Both the position numbers and the translations under genes were made by a program. Shown piece after piece: positions 50,855 through 61,900 of a DNA stretch of 64,000 nt. The first letter of the stretch is position 1. Every line of letters starts with the position of its first letter. The DNA comes from a bacterium (GTDB taxonomy: Bacteria > Electryoneota > Electryoneia > Electryoneales > Electryoneaceae), in assembly GCA_963669175.1 (NCBI GenBank), contig OY769902.1:3328001-3392000 (forward strand). The letters are read 5' to 3'. Below the pieces are notes generated by a model. That model searched no databases. It was not told the origin of the DNA and saw nothing but the letters and a program-made list of their open reading frames with translations.

Positions 50855-51055
50855 GCCGCCTCCAGTGTAAAAAGAAAAAGGGGTATCCAGCGACCGTAAA
50901 AACGGTCGCCAAATCCCCGTAAGAACTGAATGCCACACGCAATATAAGTTATTGTGAAAAATCACGCAAACAGGAGAAGAATAGCAAAGTTTTCTATGGA
51001 TGAATTCAGGATAAATCTCAATACTATACCAGACTATCTATAAATCACTATGTAG

Positions 51056-51071
51056 TGTGAATTGATTCACA
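51056..51071. promoter_or_regulatory. Palindromic operator (Crp/Fnr- or Rex-like)
   Basis: TGTGAATTGATTCACA (TGTGA-N6-TCACA) in the divergent region upstream of the Fe-S operon. Confidence 0.6.
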
Positions 51072-51361
51072 TGGGTGTACAATGAGTTGTTTTTATATTT
51101 GGCGACCCAAACTATTGTTTTAACAGTGATTTTGTATTGTGTCATAATTGATATGCAATATGTCTTTAATTATGATACTGCAATGGCTAAGTTGTTGTTC
51201 TTTATGCGTAAGCGTGTTTGCATATATTAAATTGTCCTCCAGAGCCAATACTCCATTTAAAGTAAACATATCCCAAAAAACTTGATCTTTTTGCAGGGTG
51301 AGGCTACCATGATGGGGTGAAGTGACTCAACAGCCTGTATACAGATTGGAAATAGAAGACC

Positions 51362-53581
51362 ATGACAAGAAGATCCAGGGTAAACCGTTTTGAGCAACGG
51401 AAGCGAACAACTGCCAGGAAACACAGGGAACAGCAGGAACTGGTCGCAAATCCGGAGATGGAGAACAACATCCTTTCCGTATTTGACACGTTACACGAGT
51501 CAGTTTTGCCCTTAACTGTCATTCAGGAAAGATTAAAACTGGATAAAGCGAAAAACCGTGAGTTTGGCGACGCGCTGAACTCGCTGATCGTTCGTGGGGT
51601 GATCAAGCGGGTTAAAGGAAAACGCTTTCGTAGAATTGACCGGACAAACCCGACTTTGTCGGGAAGGATTTCTGTTGTTGCGGACAGGGGTTTTGGATTT
51701 GTTGCGGTTGGAAAAGGCGATGATATCTTTGTGCCCCCCAACAAGTTGAATGGGGCACGTCATGGTGATCTGGTCGAAGTTGAATTCAGCAAAACAGGTC
51801 GTTATGGGCGGCGCTCCGCATCGGTCTACCGTATCATTGAGCGTAGCGATAAGCCTGTAATCGGCATTTACAGGGATCATTTCGGTCACGGAGGCATGGT
51901 CTACCCGGATGACCCAAGGCTTCCCGGGCCGATCAAGATTGCTGTATCACAGGCGATGGACGCGTCAGATCGTGACAGGGTTGAGATACAAATTATTTCA
52001 GATCGTCATGAGTTGCGTGGGAAAATCACCCGTGTGTTCGGCTCGCAGTATGATCCAAACTCACGTTTCAAATCCTTAATCGCGGAGAACAAGTTTCACG
52101 AGGTCTTTCCTGACGCTGTGCTGGAAGAAGTGGAGAAGCTATCAGAAGAACTCACCCACGCGGAGTTGGCCGATAGACTGGATTTGCGTGACAGGATTAT
52201 ATTTACCATTGATCCTGATGACGCAAAGGATTTCGACGATGCATTAAGCCTGAAGAAAATAAAGGGTGGATATGAGCTGGGGGTGCATATTGCGGATGTG
52301 AGCTGGTATGTGCGTCCAGGGAGCGAAGTGGACGAAGAGGCGCGTTCAAGGGGAACTTCCGTGTACACCTCCCATGGCACACTACCCATGCTGCCCGAAC
52401 GATTAAGCAGTGATTTATGCAGTTTAAGGGAAGGGGTGCCGCGACGCACTTTCAGTGTATTCCTCGAGATGGATAATTATGGTAAAGTAAAGGATTACAC
52501 CCTGACCAGGAGTGTTATCCTAAGTGCGAAACGGTTTACCTATGGTCAGGCTCAAGCTGTTATTGATAAGAACCAGGACAAGTTGGATGCTGGAAAACTG
52601 CCAGCATGGCGAAATGACAGGATGACTACTGTTTTGGTTCACCTGGCCGCCCTGACCAGAAATATGCGTGCCTTGCGCTTGAAACAGGGCGGACTCGAGC
52701 TGGATGTGCCCGAATACGAAGTTGAGCTTGACGAAAGAGGCAGTGTCACTGGAATACATAAACGTGTCGTTATTGAATCCAATCACCTTGTAGAAGAATG
52801 TATGCTGGCTGCGAATCGCGCTGTGACTGAATTTGCTGTCAGGAAACGTGGCTCGTCACCGAAGGTTTTTGTTTATCGTGTTCATGACAAGCCCGATCCG
52901 GATGCTATTGAAGAATTCGCCATGTTTGTCCAGGGGATGGGAATTGACTGGCCCTTCGGGTGGGCAATGGATAGTCTGCCTTCTGCTGAGCTGAACAAAT
53001 GGTTGCTGGAGCTACGTGATCATCCACTGGGCGGAATTGTGCGCAGGCATGCCCTGCGTGCGATGGCCAAGGCGCTGTATGATACGGAGAATATCGGTCA
53101 TTACGGGCTGGGGTTCGCCAATTACACCCATTTCACCAGTCCGATTCGAAGATACCCTGATCTTGTTGTTCATCGTATCCTGCTGGATTCTTTGAACAAT
53201 ACGGCTAAATACGGACGTGATCAGATCGAGTTTGTTAAGCGTGCTGCATTGTCATCGAGTGAACGTGAACGTGCCGCACAGGTGATGGAACGTGAATCGC
53301 TCAAGATACGGCAGGCTGAGTATTTCCGTGATCAGGTGGGGAAAGAGTTTGACGGTATGATTACCAGCGCGATTCCCAAGGGCGTATTTGTGGAAGTGGC
53401 AGATACGGGCACAGAGGGATTGATCAACGCTGATGATCTGGGCGATGTCTTTTTCGACAGGCGAATCACAGGTTTTGTTGATGCCTATACGCATAACGTC
53501 TGGAGTCCGGGGCTGAAGATTCGAGTCCGCGTGACGCATGCAGATGAGCAGACCGGCCATATTGATTTGGTTCTGGCCTGA
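51362..53581 (+). CDS. rnr: Ribonuclease R
   Basis: Cold-shock domain GFGFV; TIDPDDAKDFDDA; VHIADVS; HFTSPIRRYPDL; S1 domain. Confidence 0.96.
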   Translation: MTRRSRVNRFEQRKRTTARKHREQQELVANPEMENNILSVFDTLHESVLPLTVIQERLKLDKAKNREFGDALNSLIVRGVIKRVKGKRFRRIDRTNPTLSGRISVVADRGFGFVAVGKGDDIFVPPNKLNGARHGDLVEVEFSKTGRYGRRSASVYRIIERSDKPVIGIYRDHFGHGGMVYPDDPRLPGPIKIAVSQAMDASDRDRVEIQIISDRHELRGKITRVFGSQYDPNSRFKSLIAENKFHEVFPDAVLEEVEKLSEELTHAELADRLDLRDRIIFTIDPDDAKDFDDALSLKKIKGGYELGVHIADVSWYVRPGSEVDEEARSRGTSVYTSHGTLPMLPERLSSDLCSLREGVPRRTFSVFLEMDNYGKVKDYTLTRSVILSAKRFTYGQAQAVIDKNQDKLDAGKLPAWRNDRMTTVLVHLAALTRNMRALRLKQGGLELDVPEYEVELDERGSVTGIHKRVVIESNHLVEECMLAANRAVTEFAVRKRGSSPKVFVYRVHDKPDPDAIEEFAMFVQGMGIDWPFGWAMDSLPSAELNKWLLELRDHPLGGIVRRHALRAMAKALYDTENIGHYGLGFANYTHFTSPIRRYPDLVVHRILLDSLNNTAKYGRDQIEFVKRAALSSSERERAAQVMERESLKIRQAEYFRDQVGKEFDGMITSAIPKGVFVEVADTGTEGLINADDLGDVFFDRRITGFVDAYTHNVWSPGLKIRVRVTHADEQTGHIDLVLA

Positions 53582-53717
53582 AACCGGCCATTGTAATCAG
53601 GGCGTTTGGAGCTGTCCGGGTTACGGTGTATATTTCATACCCCGCATGAATGATGGGATGCGTCCTGCCGCGATGTCTTCCGGCCTTTACGCTTTCCACA
53701 GGACACAGGAGAAGACC

Positions 53718-54443
53718 ATGTTTTCCCGATTCTGTTTTATCCTCCTGGCTGTGTTGCTGCCGACCGGTATTTTCCTCATGGCAACAGGCTGCTCCAGCGG
53801 GCTTGATCCTACGAAACTTGATGATCCGACTGAGACAACGACAACCGCAATCGAGTTTGGTAATTTTGCCCAGGGTTCGGAAGAGTTGACCATTACGGTT
53901 GATGGCAACCAGATCATTACCGGTCTTGCGCCTGGCGAATTCAGCGGTGACAAAGAGCTATATAACAGTCCGACAACCGTGACTATTTCAATTGAATCCA
54001 GTTCGTCCGCATATCAACCACTGGTTATTGATAAGCAGATTCAGGTTGAGGAGTTCAACTTTGTCGTCGTCTTTAAGGACACTCTGGCTGATCAAGGTTT
54101 CAATATTCGGTTGATGCCGGATGAACTCTCGGTACGTGACGACTACACAATCGTACGTTTTATCAATCTTATTCCTGGCACACCGACCTGGGAAGCGCTG
54201 ATTGATAACCACCTTACGATCACGCAGTTGTATTACAACAACCTGAGTGTGCCGATGGTTTTTGAATCCACTTCCACAGAAACGCACGATGTTTATCTCC
54301 TGGAAGACAATAATATTGGGGGACAGGATATTCTGTTGTATGTTGACGCTCAGGTATTTTCTGATAACGCCTATTACACAGGCTATATCTGGGGTGAATA
54401 CAGTAGTAGCGGTATCAATCTGACCATTGCTGCTAATCGATAA
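53718..54443 (+). CDS. DUF4397-like lipoprotein
   Basis: Lipobox ATG-C; two beta-sandwich units (VRFINL.P); AGGAG RBS before ATG 53718. Confidence 0.7.
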   Translation: MFSRFCFILLAVLLPTGIFLMATGCSSGLDPTKLDDPTETTTTAIEFGNFAQGSEELTITVDGNQIITGLAPGEFSGDKELYNSPTTVTISIESSSSAYQPLVIDKQIQVEEFNFVVVFKDTLADQGFNIRLMPDELSVRDDYTIVRFINLIPGTPTWEALIDNHLTITQLYYNNLSVPMVFESTSTETHDVYLLEDNNIGGQDILLYVDAQVFSDNAYYTGYIWGEYSSSGINLTIAANR

Positions 54444-54503
54444 AATACATCCAGACTTGCAGAGAGAATGGTTAAACAATGACAGTTAAAAAACTGTATC
54501 TTT

Positions 54504-55358
54504 ATGCCTGTCCAAACCGGTCAGGTATTTTTTGTTATACGGGGGTACAACTTGGAATTTGAGTTACTGACAGTCCTTATGTTGTTGGGCATTGGGGTTG
54601 TCACCGGAATCGCCGCCGGTTTCATTGGCATTGGCGGCGGTGTCATCATGGTGCCGGTTCTGCTCGAGCTGTTCCGTGCCTGGCAGATTCCGGAAGCATC
54701 GGTCGTGCAGGCGGCCATGGGTACATCTCTTACAGTTGGTGTTCTCTCCGGATTATCCTCAACCTATCGTCACCAGAAACAGGGAAACATCCTGTGGAAA
54801 GTGGCGGGATTGGTCGCTCCAACTGCTGTTATTGGTGGTTTTCTTGGGTCAAAGATAGCTGTATCTACACAAGGAACATCGTTACAATACGGTTTGGCAA
54901 TCGTATTGTTCTTTGCCGCCCTGGATATGATTTTCCGCAAGAAGGTTGATCAGACCGAAATGCGCAATATTATATGGTCCCTTTGGCTGGTGATGGGGTT
55001 ATTGGTTGGTTTGTTCGCCGCTTTATCCGGATTGGGCGGTGGTATCCTGTTTATACCGTTGATGGTTTTCATTGCACGTGTGCCGACCAAAAAGCTGGCA
55101 GGAACATCTTCGGTGGTCGTCATCTTTGCCGCTTTGGCGTCTGCGACTCGCTATATGTTGCTGGATCCTGTTGCCGAGTTACCTTCAGGGTTTGTCGGTC
55201 ATTCCAATTTGATTGTTGCCTTGTGTTTGGGGATCATGGCAGTGCCTGGTGCACAACTTGGCGCGTATCTGAATAAGAAGGCTGGCTCAGTCGTTTATCG
55301 CAGAATTTTCGCGATACTGCTTATCTTCATGGTGGTAAGACTGCTGTTTACGGCCTAG
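54504..55358 (+). CDS. Sulfite exporter TauE/SafE family
   Basis: GFIGIGGGVIMVP, A.GTSL and a second GLGGG..P repeat. The start may be TTG at 54552. Confidence 0.92.
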   Translation: MPVQTGQVFFVIRGYNLEFELLTVLMLLGIGVVTGIAAGFIGIGGGVIMVPVLLELFRAWQIPEASVVQAAMGTSLTVGVLSGLSSTYRHQKQGNILWKVAGLVAPTAVIGGFLGSKIAVSTQGTSLQYGLAIVLFFAALDMIFRKKVDQTEMRNIIWSLWLVMGLLVGLFAALSGLGGGILFIPLMVFIARVPTKKLAGTSSVVVIFAALASATRYMLLDPVAELPSGFVGHSNLIVALCLGIMAVPGAQLGAYLNKKAGSVVYRRIFAILLIFMVVRLLFTA

Positions 55359-55427
55359 AGCCGCCACTCCCGCTCCGATTTAGACTTGGCTACGAGAGCT
55401 GTGGAGAGTATTTTATATGGAAGATAG

Positions 55428-55464
55428 AAGGCGGGGGAGGAATTGCCGCTCCCGCCTTTTTTTT
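55428..55464 (+). terminator. Intrinsic terminator just upstream of the S8 peptidase gene
   Basis: AAGGCGGG...CCCGCCTT followed by T8. Confidence 0.7.
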
Positions 55465-55488
55465 GTTTGTTGACGAGAAACGGTTGGA

Positions 55489-58191
55489 GTGATGATGTCA
55501 CGGATGCTAGTTGTGAGTGTGCTGGTTCTCTGCATGGTTTTACCTGCCATTTCAGGAACGCCCGGTGTTGATTATGTGGATGGAGTGTTGGTTGTTCGTT
55601 TTGCTGAAGACCTGCAACCTGTTGTTGGAGACGATGGGATTGTAAAGGTCGGTGACGCTGAGATGGATCGGGTCTTACGGCGCTTCAATGCCACAAGTTT
55701 CGAACCGTTCTTCGGTACTTACAAGCTTCAAGATGAAGACTATCGTTATCTTACTCGCAATGACTGGAAAGTGAATTTCCCGGCAGGGAGCGAGATGGAA
55801 TTGATTGCTGAAGAAGCGAATCAATGTAAAGCCGTTCTTGATGCTATCCCGGATATCCTTTACACGTTTGACTACGAACCGAACGATCCCAGTTTTACCG
55901 CCCAGTGGTGGTTGCGTGCTATTGACGCGCCGGAGGCTTGGGAAATCACCCAGAGTGATACGTCTATCCTGGTGGCTGCGCTGGATACCGGTATTGACTG
56001 GAACCACCCGGATCTGATCGACAATATCTGGGTTAATCCCGGTGAAGATATTGACGACAATCATTACCCGGTTGATACAACCCTTGGATTCATGGATGTT
56101 CCCGGAACTTTTGGCGATTGGGACCAATTGGACAATGATAATAATGGCTTCATCAATGACTATATCGGTTGGGATTTTGTGACAAGCGCTTCTGTTGTAC
56201 CGGGGGAAGATGGCAATACGCCGGACAACAATCCGATGGATTTTAACGGACATGGTACAGGTTGCTACGGTGCGATGGCCGCACGTACCAACAACAGTGT
56301 TGGCGGCGCCAGTATCGCTTTTAAGAGTCGTATGATCAGCCTTCGTTGCGGCTATACCTCAACTGACGGAACTGGCAGAACATCCCTTACTGCCGCTGCA
56401 GGCGCGTTGGCCTATGCAGTCGACAAGGGCGCGCAGATCGTCAACATGTCGTTTGGCGGCGATTCAGAAACACAGTTTATGAACAACGCCATCCAGAACG
56501 CCTGGAACAACAATCTGCTGCTGTTTGGAGCTGCCGGTAACGACGCAGTCAGTGACAGGCACTATCCGGCTGATTACGATAACGTGATCTCAGTCGCTGC
56601 ATTGAACTCCGATGGAAGCCGTGCCAGTTTCTCCAACTGGGGCAACTGGGTTGATATCGCTGCGCCTGGTGTAAGCTGCTTCACGCCCTGGTTTGACGAC
56701 AGTTATGACAGTTGGCAGGGAACATCCGTAGCCTGCCCGATCGCAGCAGGGGTTGGCGCTCTTGTGATCAGTATGTTCCCGGAAGAGGACAACAGCCTTT
56801 GGAGCCAGTATATCATTGAAACGACTGATCCGTTGAGTACAGATCATCCGGTCGGATCCGGCAGAGTGAATGCTTACCAGGCAATTACCCAGTTTTACTG
56901 GCCGGAACTGACTATCGAATCCTGGAACATCAGCGATCCGGACGGAAATGGTCACCCGGATATCGATGAAGAAATCGAAGTGACCTTCGAAGTTTCCAAT
57001 GAGCCCGGTTGGCAGGATGCGCTTGCTGTGACGGCTTCCCTGGAATTCAGCCGTGAGGGCGTTGATTTTGGAACTCAGTCTATTACCCTTGGCAACATCA
57101 CCGCAGGTTCTTCCGCAAACAATTATGACAATCCATTGACATTCACCGTCCCGGAAGGGTCGCTGGATGGCGAGTTTAATGTTCTTTCACTAATAATTTC
57201 CTGTGATCCGAATGAGTACCAGGTTGGTGAAAGTGCTAAACTGATGTTGGGAACCCCCGAGATTATTTTCGTTGATGATGACGGTGGCGAATCTTACGAT
57301 CAGTACATCACAGAGAATCTGGACGCTGAGTTCTACAACTACTTCCACTGGGACAATGCTGTTCTGGCGTCAGGCCCCAGTGGTGACTACCTGTCACAAT
57401 ATGATGGTATCATCTGGATGACAGGCGATGTTGAAAATCCACTTTCAAACGATGAGATCAGCGCGCTTCAGACTGCCATGGATAATGGGGCAGACCTGTT
57501 CCTGTTCGGTCAGACACTTGACGATCAGCTTTCAGGAACGTCATTCTACAGCGATTACCTGTTTGCACAAAGTGGCTCAGGTTCAACTCAAAACGCACTT
57601 GATGCAGTAGCTGATGCAGGCGGTCCGGTTATTGATGGAAGCAGCCTGCTGATCGTTGGGCCGGGTGGCGCCAACAACTCGACCAACCCGGATGTAATCG
57701 ATCCGATTTCACCCGCTGTAAGCGCATATACGTATTTCGGTGGCAGCAATACCGGCGCTGTTTATTATGAAAACGATACCCGCAAGCATATGTATTGCGC
57801 CTTTGCTTTCGAGGCCGTCAGCGGTGCAAGCTCGACCACCTCAAGAGCCGATGTGCTTCATGCGGTTGTAACAGACTGGTGGGGTCTTGATGATGTTGAG
57901 GACACTGAACACGGAACAGTGATTCCCAGCGATTTCGCGATTTCTTCAGTTTTCCCGAATCCGTTTAACCCGACGACAACATTGCAGGTAGATGTGCCGC
58001 TTACCAGCGAGATTCGTCTTGCAGTATTCGACATCCTGGGGCGTGAAGTTGCAACGCTTCACCAGGGACGGTTGTCTGCCGGAACACACGCATTTACCTG
58101 GTCAGCGTATGAAATGGCATCTGGTGTTTACTTTGCCGTCATGGAAGCGAATGGTGTGCGCAATGTGAGCCGCCTGGTTCTTACCAAGTAG
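55489..58191 (+). CDS. Subtilisin-family (S8) peptidase with T9SS sorting domain
   Basis: Catalytic D (LDTG), H (HGT), S (GTSVACP); AAGN oxyanion; C-terminal FPNPFN...SGVYF. Confidence 0.94.
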   Translation: MMMSRMLVVSVLVLCMVLPAISGTPGVDYVDGVLVVRFAEDLQPVVGDDGIVKVGDAEMDRVLRRFNATSFEPFFGTYKLQDEDYRYLTRNDWKVNFPAGSEMELIAEEANQCKAVLDAIPDILYTFDYEPNDPSFTAQWWLRAIDAPEAWEITQSDTSILVAALDTGIDWNHPDLIDNIWVNPGEDIDDNHYPVDTTLGFMDVPGTFGDWDQLDNDNNGFINDYIGWDFVTSASVVPGEDGNTPDNNPMDFNGHGTGCYGAMAARTNNSVGGASIAFKSRMISLRCGYTSTDGTGRTSLTAAAGALAYAVDKGAQIVNMSFGGDSETQFMNNAIQNAWNNNLLLFGAAGNDAVSDRHYPADYDNVISVAALNSDGSRASFSNWGNWVDIAAPGVSCFTPWFDDSYDSWQGTSVACPIAAGVGALVISMFPEEDNSLWSQYIIETTDPLSTDHPVGSGRVNAYQAITQFYWPELTIESWNISDPDGNGHPDIDEEIEVTFEVSNEPGWQDALAVTASLEFSREGVDFGTQSITLGNITAGSSANNYDNPLTFTVPEGSLDGEFNVLSLIISCDPNEYQVGESAKLMLGTPEIIFVDDDGGESYDQYITENLDAEFYNYFHWDNAVLASGPSGDYLSQYDGIIWMTGDVENPLSNDEISALQTAMDNGADLFLFGQTLDDQLSGTSFYSDYLFAQSGSGSTQNALDAVADAGGPVIDGSSLLIVGPGGANNSTNPDVIDPISPAVSAYTYFGGSNTGAVYYENDTRKHMYCAFAFEAVSGASSTTSRADVLHAVVTDWWGLDDVEDTEHGTVIPSDFAISSVFPNPFNPTTTLQVDVPLTSEIRLAVFDILGREVATLHQGRLSAGTHAFTWSAYEMASGVYFAVMEANGVRNVSRLVLTK

Positions 58192-58216
58192 GGACACAGC
58201 TTCTTTCAGATCGTAT

Positions 58217-58249
58217 AAGCCGGAGGATGCACTGCATTCTCCGGCTTTT
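58217..58249 (+). terminator. Intrinsic terminator
   Basis: AAGCCGGAGGATGCA-C-TGCATTCTCCGGCTT followed by TT. Confidence 0.8.
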
Positions 58250-58317
58250 GTCTCTGATGGCTCCACTGGAACACATGGGGATGGAACTCGCCTGATTGGA
58301 CTCAGGTTTAATATACA

Positions 58318-58428
58318 GGGAAGGCAACACGCTGACCCTGATCCTATATCCTTGCCGCTTTTGCTTTCCTCCCTGGGCGAAAGCGGTCTCCCGATGCGGG
58401 CGAGTATCCACCTACTCGCCCGCTTTTT
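58318..58428 (+). ncRNA. Candidate structured sRNA or leader ending in a terminator
   Basis: 12-bp stem 58355-58386 with loop TCCTCCCT; closing GGGA/TCCC; terminator GCGGGCGAGTA...TACTCGCCCGC-T5. Confidence 0.4.
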
Positions 58429-58510
58429 CGACTCTCCGAAAACCTTACCTTACTGTGGTAAGGAGACAATTCAAAAATCCGACTTCAAGGCAGGAAAAGG
58501 AGCGTAGACC

Positions 58511-58819
58511 ATGGCTATTCTGGCTATCAGTGTTGCGCCAGCAGGTGTGGGCGCCAGTGTCAGCAAATATGTTGCAAAGGCGATACAACTGGCGCAGGAA
58601 GACAAACGAGTTACCGTAGAACCCGGCCCGATGTTTACTTCGATCGAAGGCGATATTGAAGCGTGTTTTGATATTGCTCGCAGGATGCATGAGTGCCTGT
58701 TTGAAGATGATGATGTGAAACGTGTTTCGACTGTGATCAAAATTGATGACCGACGTGATAAAGAGATTACCATGTCAGGCAAGATGCAGGCGGTCAGACG
58801 GCAACTGGGACGGGAATGA
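58511..58819 (+). CDS. MTH1187/YkoF-like thiamine-binding protein
   Basis: ISVAP.G..ASVS.YVA; PM.T.IEG; RV.T.IKID.R.DK motifs. Confidence 0.92.
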   Translation: MAILAISVAPAGVGASVSKYVAKAIQLAQEDKRVTVEPGPMFTSIEGDIEACFDIARRMHECLFEDDDVKRVSTVIKIDDRRDKEITMSGKMQAVRRQLGRE

Positions 58820-58919
58820 CAAGTGCTATACGGATGCGAGTAAAGCAACATTCAATTTCTTACATTGAAGCAACATGAATTCCGTCTGACAGCTTCACAC
58901 AATCCTTGGAGTTTCAGAG

Positions 58920-61900
58920 ATGGCTTCCAGAGCAACACGATTCCGGCATGCGATTCAAAAATTGAACGATAGTATGAAAAAAGGGAAGATCTCGGCATCC
59001 CTTGCAGGTGAAATACTGGATGAAGCTGAGGCTGCGGTAAAAACCAGCCAGGCAAAGAATATCGCAAGAAAGCACTGGCTGAGTTTTCTAAATCAAACCG
59101 GTCAATCAGTATTTTTAAAAGCGTTGCCGGATGCTGATGAAAGATTACGTTGGGCTGACACTGTAAATGCTGCCGTTGAAATTGCCGATTACCAACTGAT
59201 CGACATGCTGGAAGAACGATCCAATCGTATCCCGAATCAACCCTACTTCCAGACATTCGAAGGCGATACACCCGTTCACTGGACCTATGCAACCATTCAT
59301 CAGCGCGTACAGGATATTGCAGGCATACTCTTTTCGTTAGCTGACGAGAAAGACACCCAACCACGTGTTGCAGTTTTTTCTGCCAATTCCCTGAACTCCG
59401 CGTGTGCGGACCTGGCGTGTCTCTGTCACGGGATCTTCACTACGCCCCTGTCAACCAATATGGAAAAAGAGGTTATCAGCTATGTTATAAAGCGCTTGCA
59501 TATCAACATCATTGCTGTTGATACGGTTGATCGTGTGCGTGAGCTGGATTCTATCAAGCGGAGAGAGAAGCTGGAATTTTCCATCCTGTTGTTGCAGGAC
59601 GAGGTATCATCGGACGTGGAAGCGGTATCCCTTGAGCAACGCATGGCTCATCTGACCTCACGTGAGAGTAAAACGCTGGTCAGTAACAGACCAAGATTCG
59701 GTATCCACGATACATGTACCGTTATGTTCACCTCAGGCAGCACGGGACTACCCAAAGGCGTAGCGTTTTCACAATTCAACCTCGTTACAAAACGATTCTG
59801 CCGTGCAGCAGCCTTGCCAACCGTAGGGAAGAATGAAAAACTGCTGTGCTACCTGCCACTATTTCATACGTTTGGCCGTTTCCTGGAAATGCTGGGAATG
59901 CTGTACTGGTCCGGAACCTATGTCTTCGTTGGGAACACTTCCGCTGATACTTACTTGAAAAGACTGACGGAAGTGAAACCCACCGGCCTTATCGGGATTC
60001 CATTGCGCTGGACTCAGATCCGCGACAAATGCATGGAGCTGGCGGGTGAAACCGCTGCGCCAGAAGATGTGGGGAAGGCATTTCGTACGCTTGTTGGCCC
60101 CAATCTCCGTTGGGGACTTTCCGCAGCAGGATATTTGTCCCCCAAGGTTTTTCATTTCTTCCAGCAGAATGGCGTGGAACTTTGCAGCGGATTTGGCATG
60201 ACCGAAGCGACAGGTGGGATTACCATGACGCTGCCCGGTGAGTATGTCAACAACTCTGTAGGAGTGCCGCTACCGGGGATAAATGCCCGGTTGAGTGACA
60301 AGGGTGAATTGCAGTTGTCCGGCTCTTATATCGCTCGCTATCTACCGGAAGAGGACAAGGATCAAAAGGGAACGCTTCCGGTAATTGATCCTGATGATGG
60401 CTTCTGGCTTAAAACCGGCGATTTGTTCAAACGCTGGGAAAACGGCCATTACGAAATCGTAGATCGAATCAAGGATATTTACAAGAATAATCGCGGACAA
60501 ACAGTATCACCACAAAAAGTAGAAAAGAAGTTTAAAGGTGTTCCCGGGATTAAACGTACCTATCTGGTTGGCGATGGGAAAGCATATAATGTGTTGCTGA
60601 TCGTGCCTGAAGTTCCTGATCCCAGTGAAGTGGATGAACTTCCTTCCGGCGAAGCTGCGAATGATTATTATCGCCAGATTATTGCGACTGCCAATAAAAC
60701 GCTTCCCCCTTATGAGCGTGTGATCAATTTTTCTGTCCTGGAACGTGATTTCGAGGAAGAGAAAGGTGAATTGACACCAAAAGGAACGTACAGACGGAAG
60801 AAAATTGTTGAGAATTTCAATTCCATTATCAAGGAATTATATCGCAAGAATTATATCGAATTGGAAGTTGGCAGACTGACTCTTCGCATTCCGCGTTGGT
60901 TCTATCGTGACCTTGGCCTGCTTGAAACGGATATAGTTGCGACAGACGAAGGCCTGAAGGATGTGAGCCGGAACATCGCACTGAATATGCATGCAATCCC
61001 TGAGGATAAGCGCGTTAGAATTGGCGATATGGAGTACTGGATTGATGTGGAAACGACTCCTTTTATCGATTTGGGGTCACTTTCGCTGCAACCGCGCTGC
61101 TGGGTTGGCAATGTGCAAATGATTGCCTTTTGTCCCTGTAAAGAGGGATGGGATGCGAAAATCTGCGCAAGTTCAGATCAACTTTTCATGGATCGTGATT
61201 ACCCTGAACGTCTGCCGATGCCAATTGTTGAACAACCCGGCGATCTTACTGATCAGCGCCTGTACCAGGTAAACCGGTTGGTAATACATGCGCTTTTCGG
61301 CGGCACTGACACTGCGATGGCGGCGGTTGAACGTCTGGGTACATTACTGACTCGAACAGACGACCGTCTGGCCCAGGTGATCAGGCGAAGACTGGAAGCG
61401 CTGGCGCGACATCCCAATGAAGAGGTTCGCTGCCTGGCTTATCGTGTTCTGCTGCTGGATGATCCCATGCCGGATTACGGCAGCAGTATGCCCACATTCC
61501 TGTTCTCCGGCTTGACCTTTCTCAACACAAACTCAATCCAGGCTATTGCCCAGACCAACCTGAAACAAAGACGACTGGGTGCGTTGCGGCAAAGGCTTGA
61601 ACATTACCGTGTCAGTCTTGAATGGCCAGCCGACACTGCGATCAGAGTTCAGTTTGAACGCCTGTTTGACCTGTTGGCCGAGTTTGTACGTTTCCATCCT
61701 GAATATTATTCGCCGGTTCGTGCTGAGCTGGTGTCATGGATTCTGCATGATAAAGATCCGGAACTCTCGCGGTCCGCGCGAAAACGCTTTGTCGAAACAG
61801 CGCAATGGTATGAAGAATGGCTGGCGGCGGACAAGGAGAATCTGAATCCGTCCTTATGGCGTGGGAAGATTACCTTTGACGAAGGAATTACGGATTCCGA

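Noticed and set aside
58277-58325. TPP riboswitch upstream of the thiamine-binding gene
   Set aside because: Only fragments (CCTGAT, TAAT, AGGGAA) resemble it; the CTGAGA motif and helix layout are missing.
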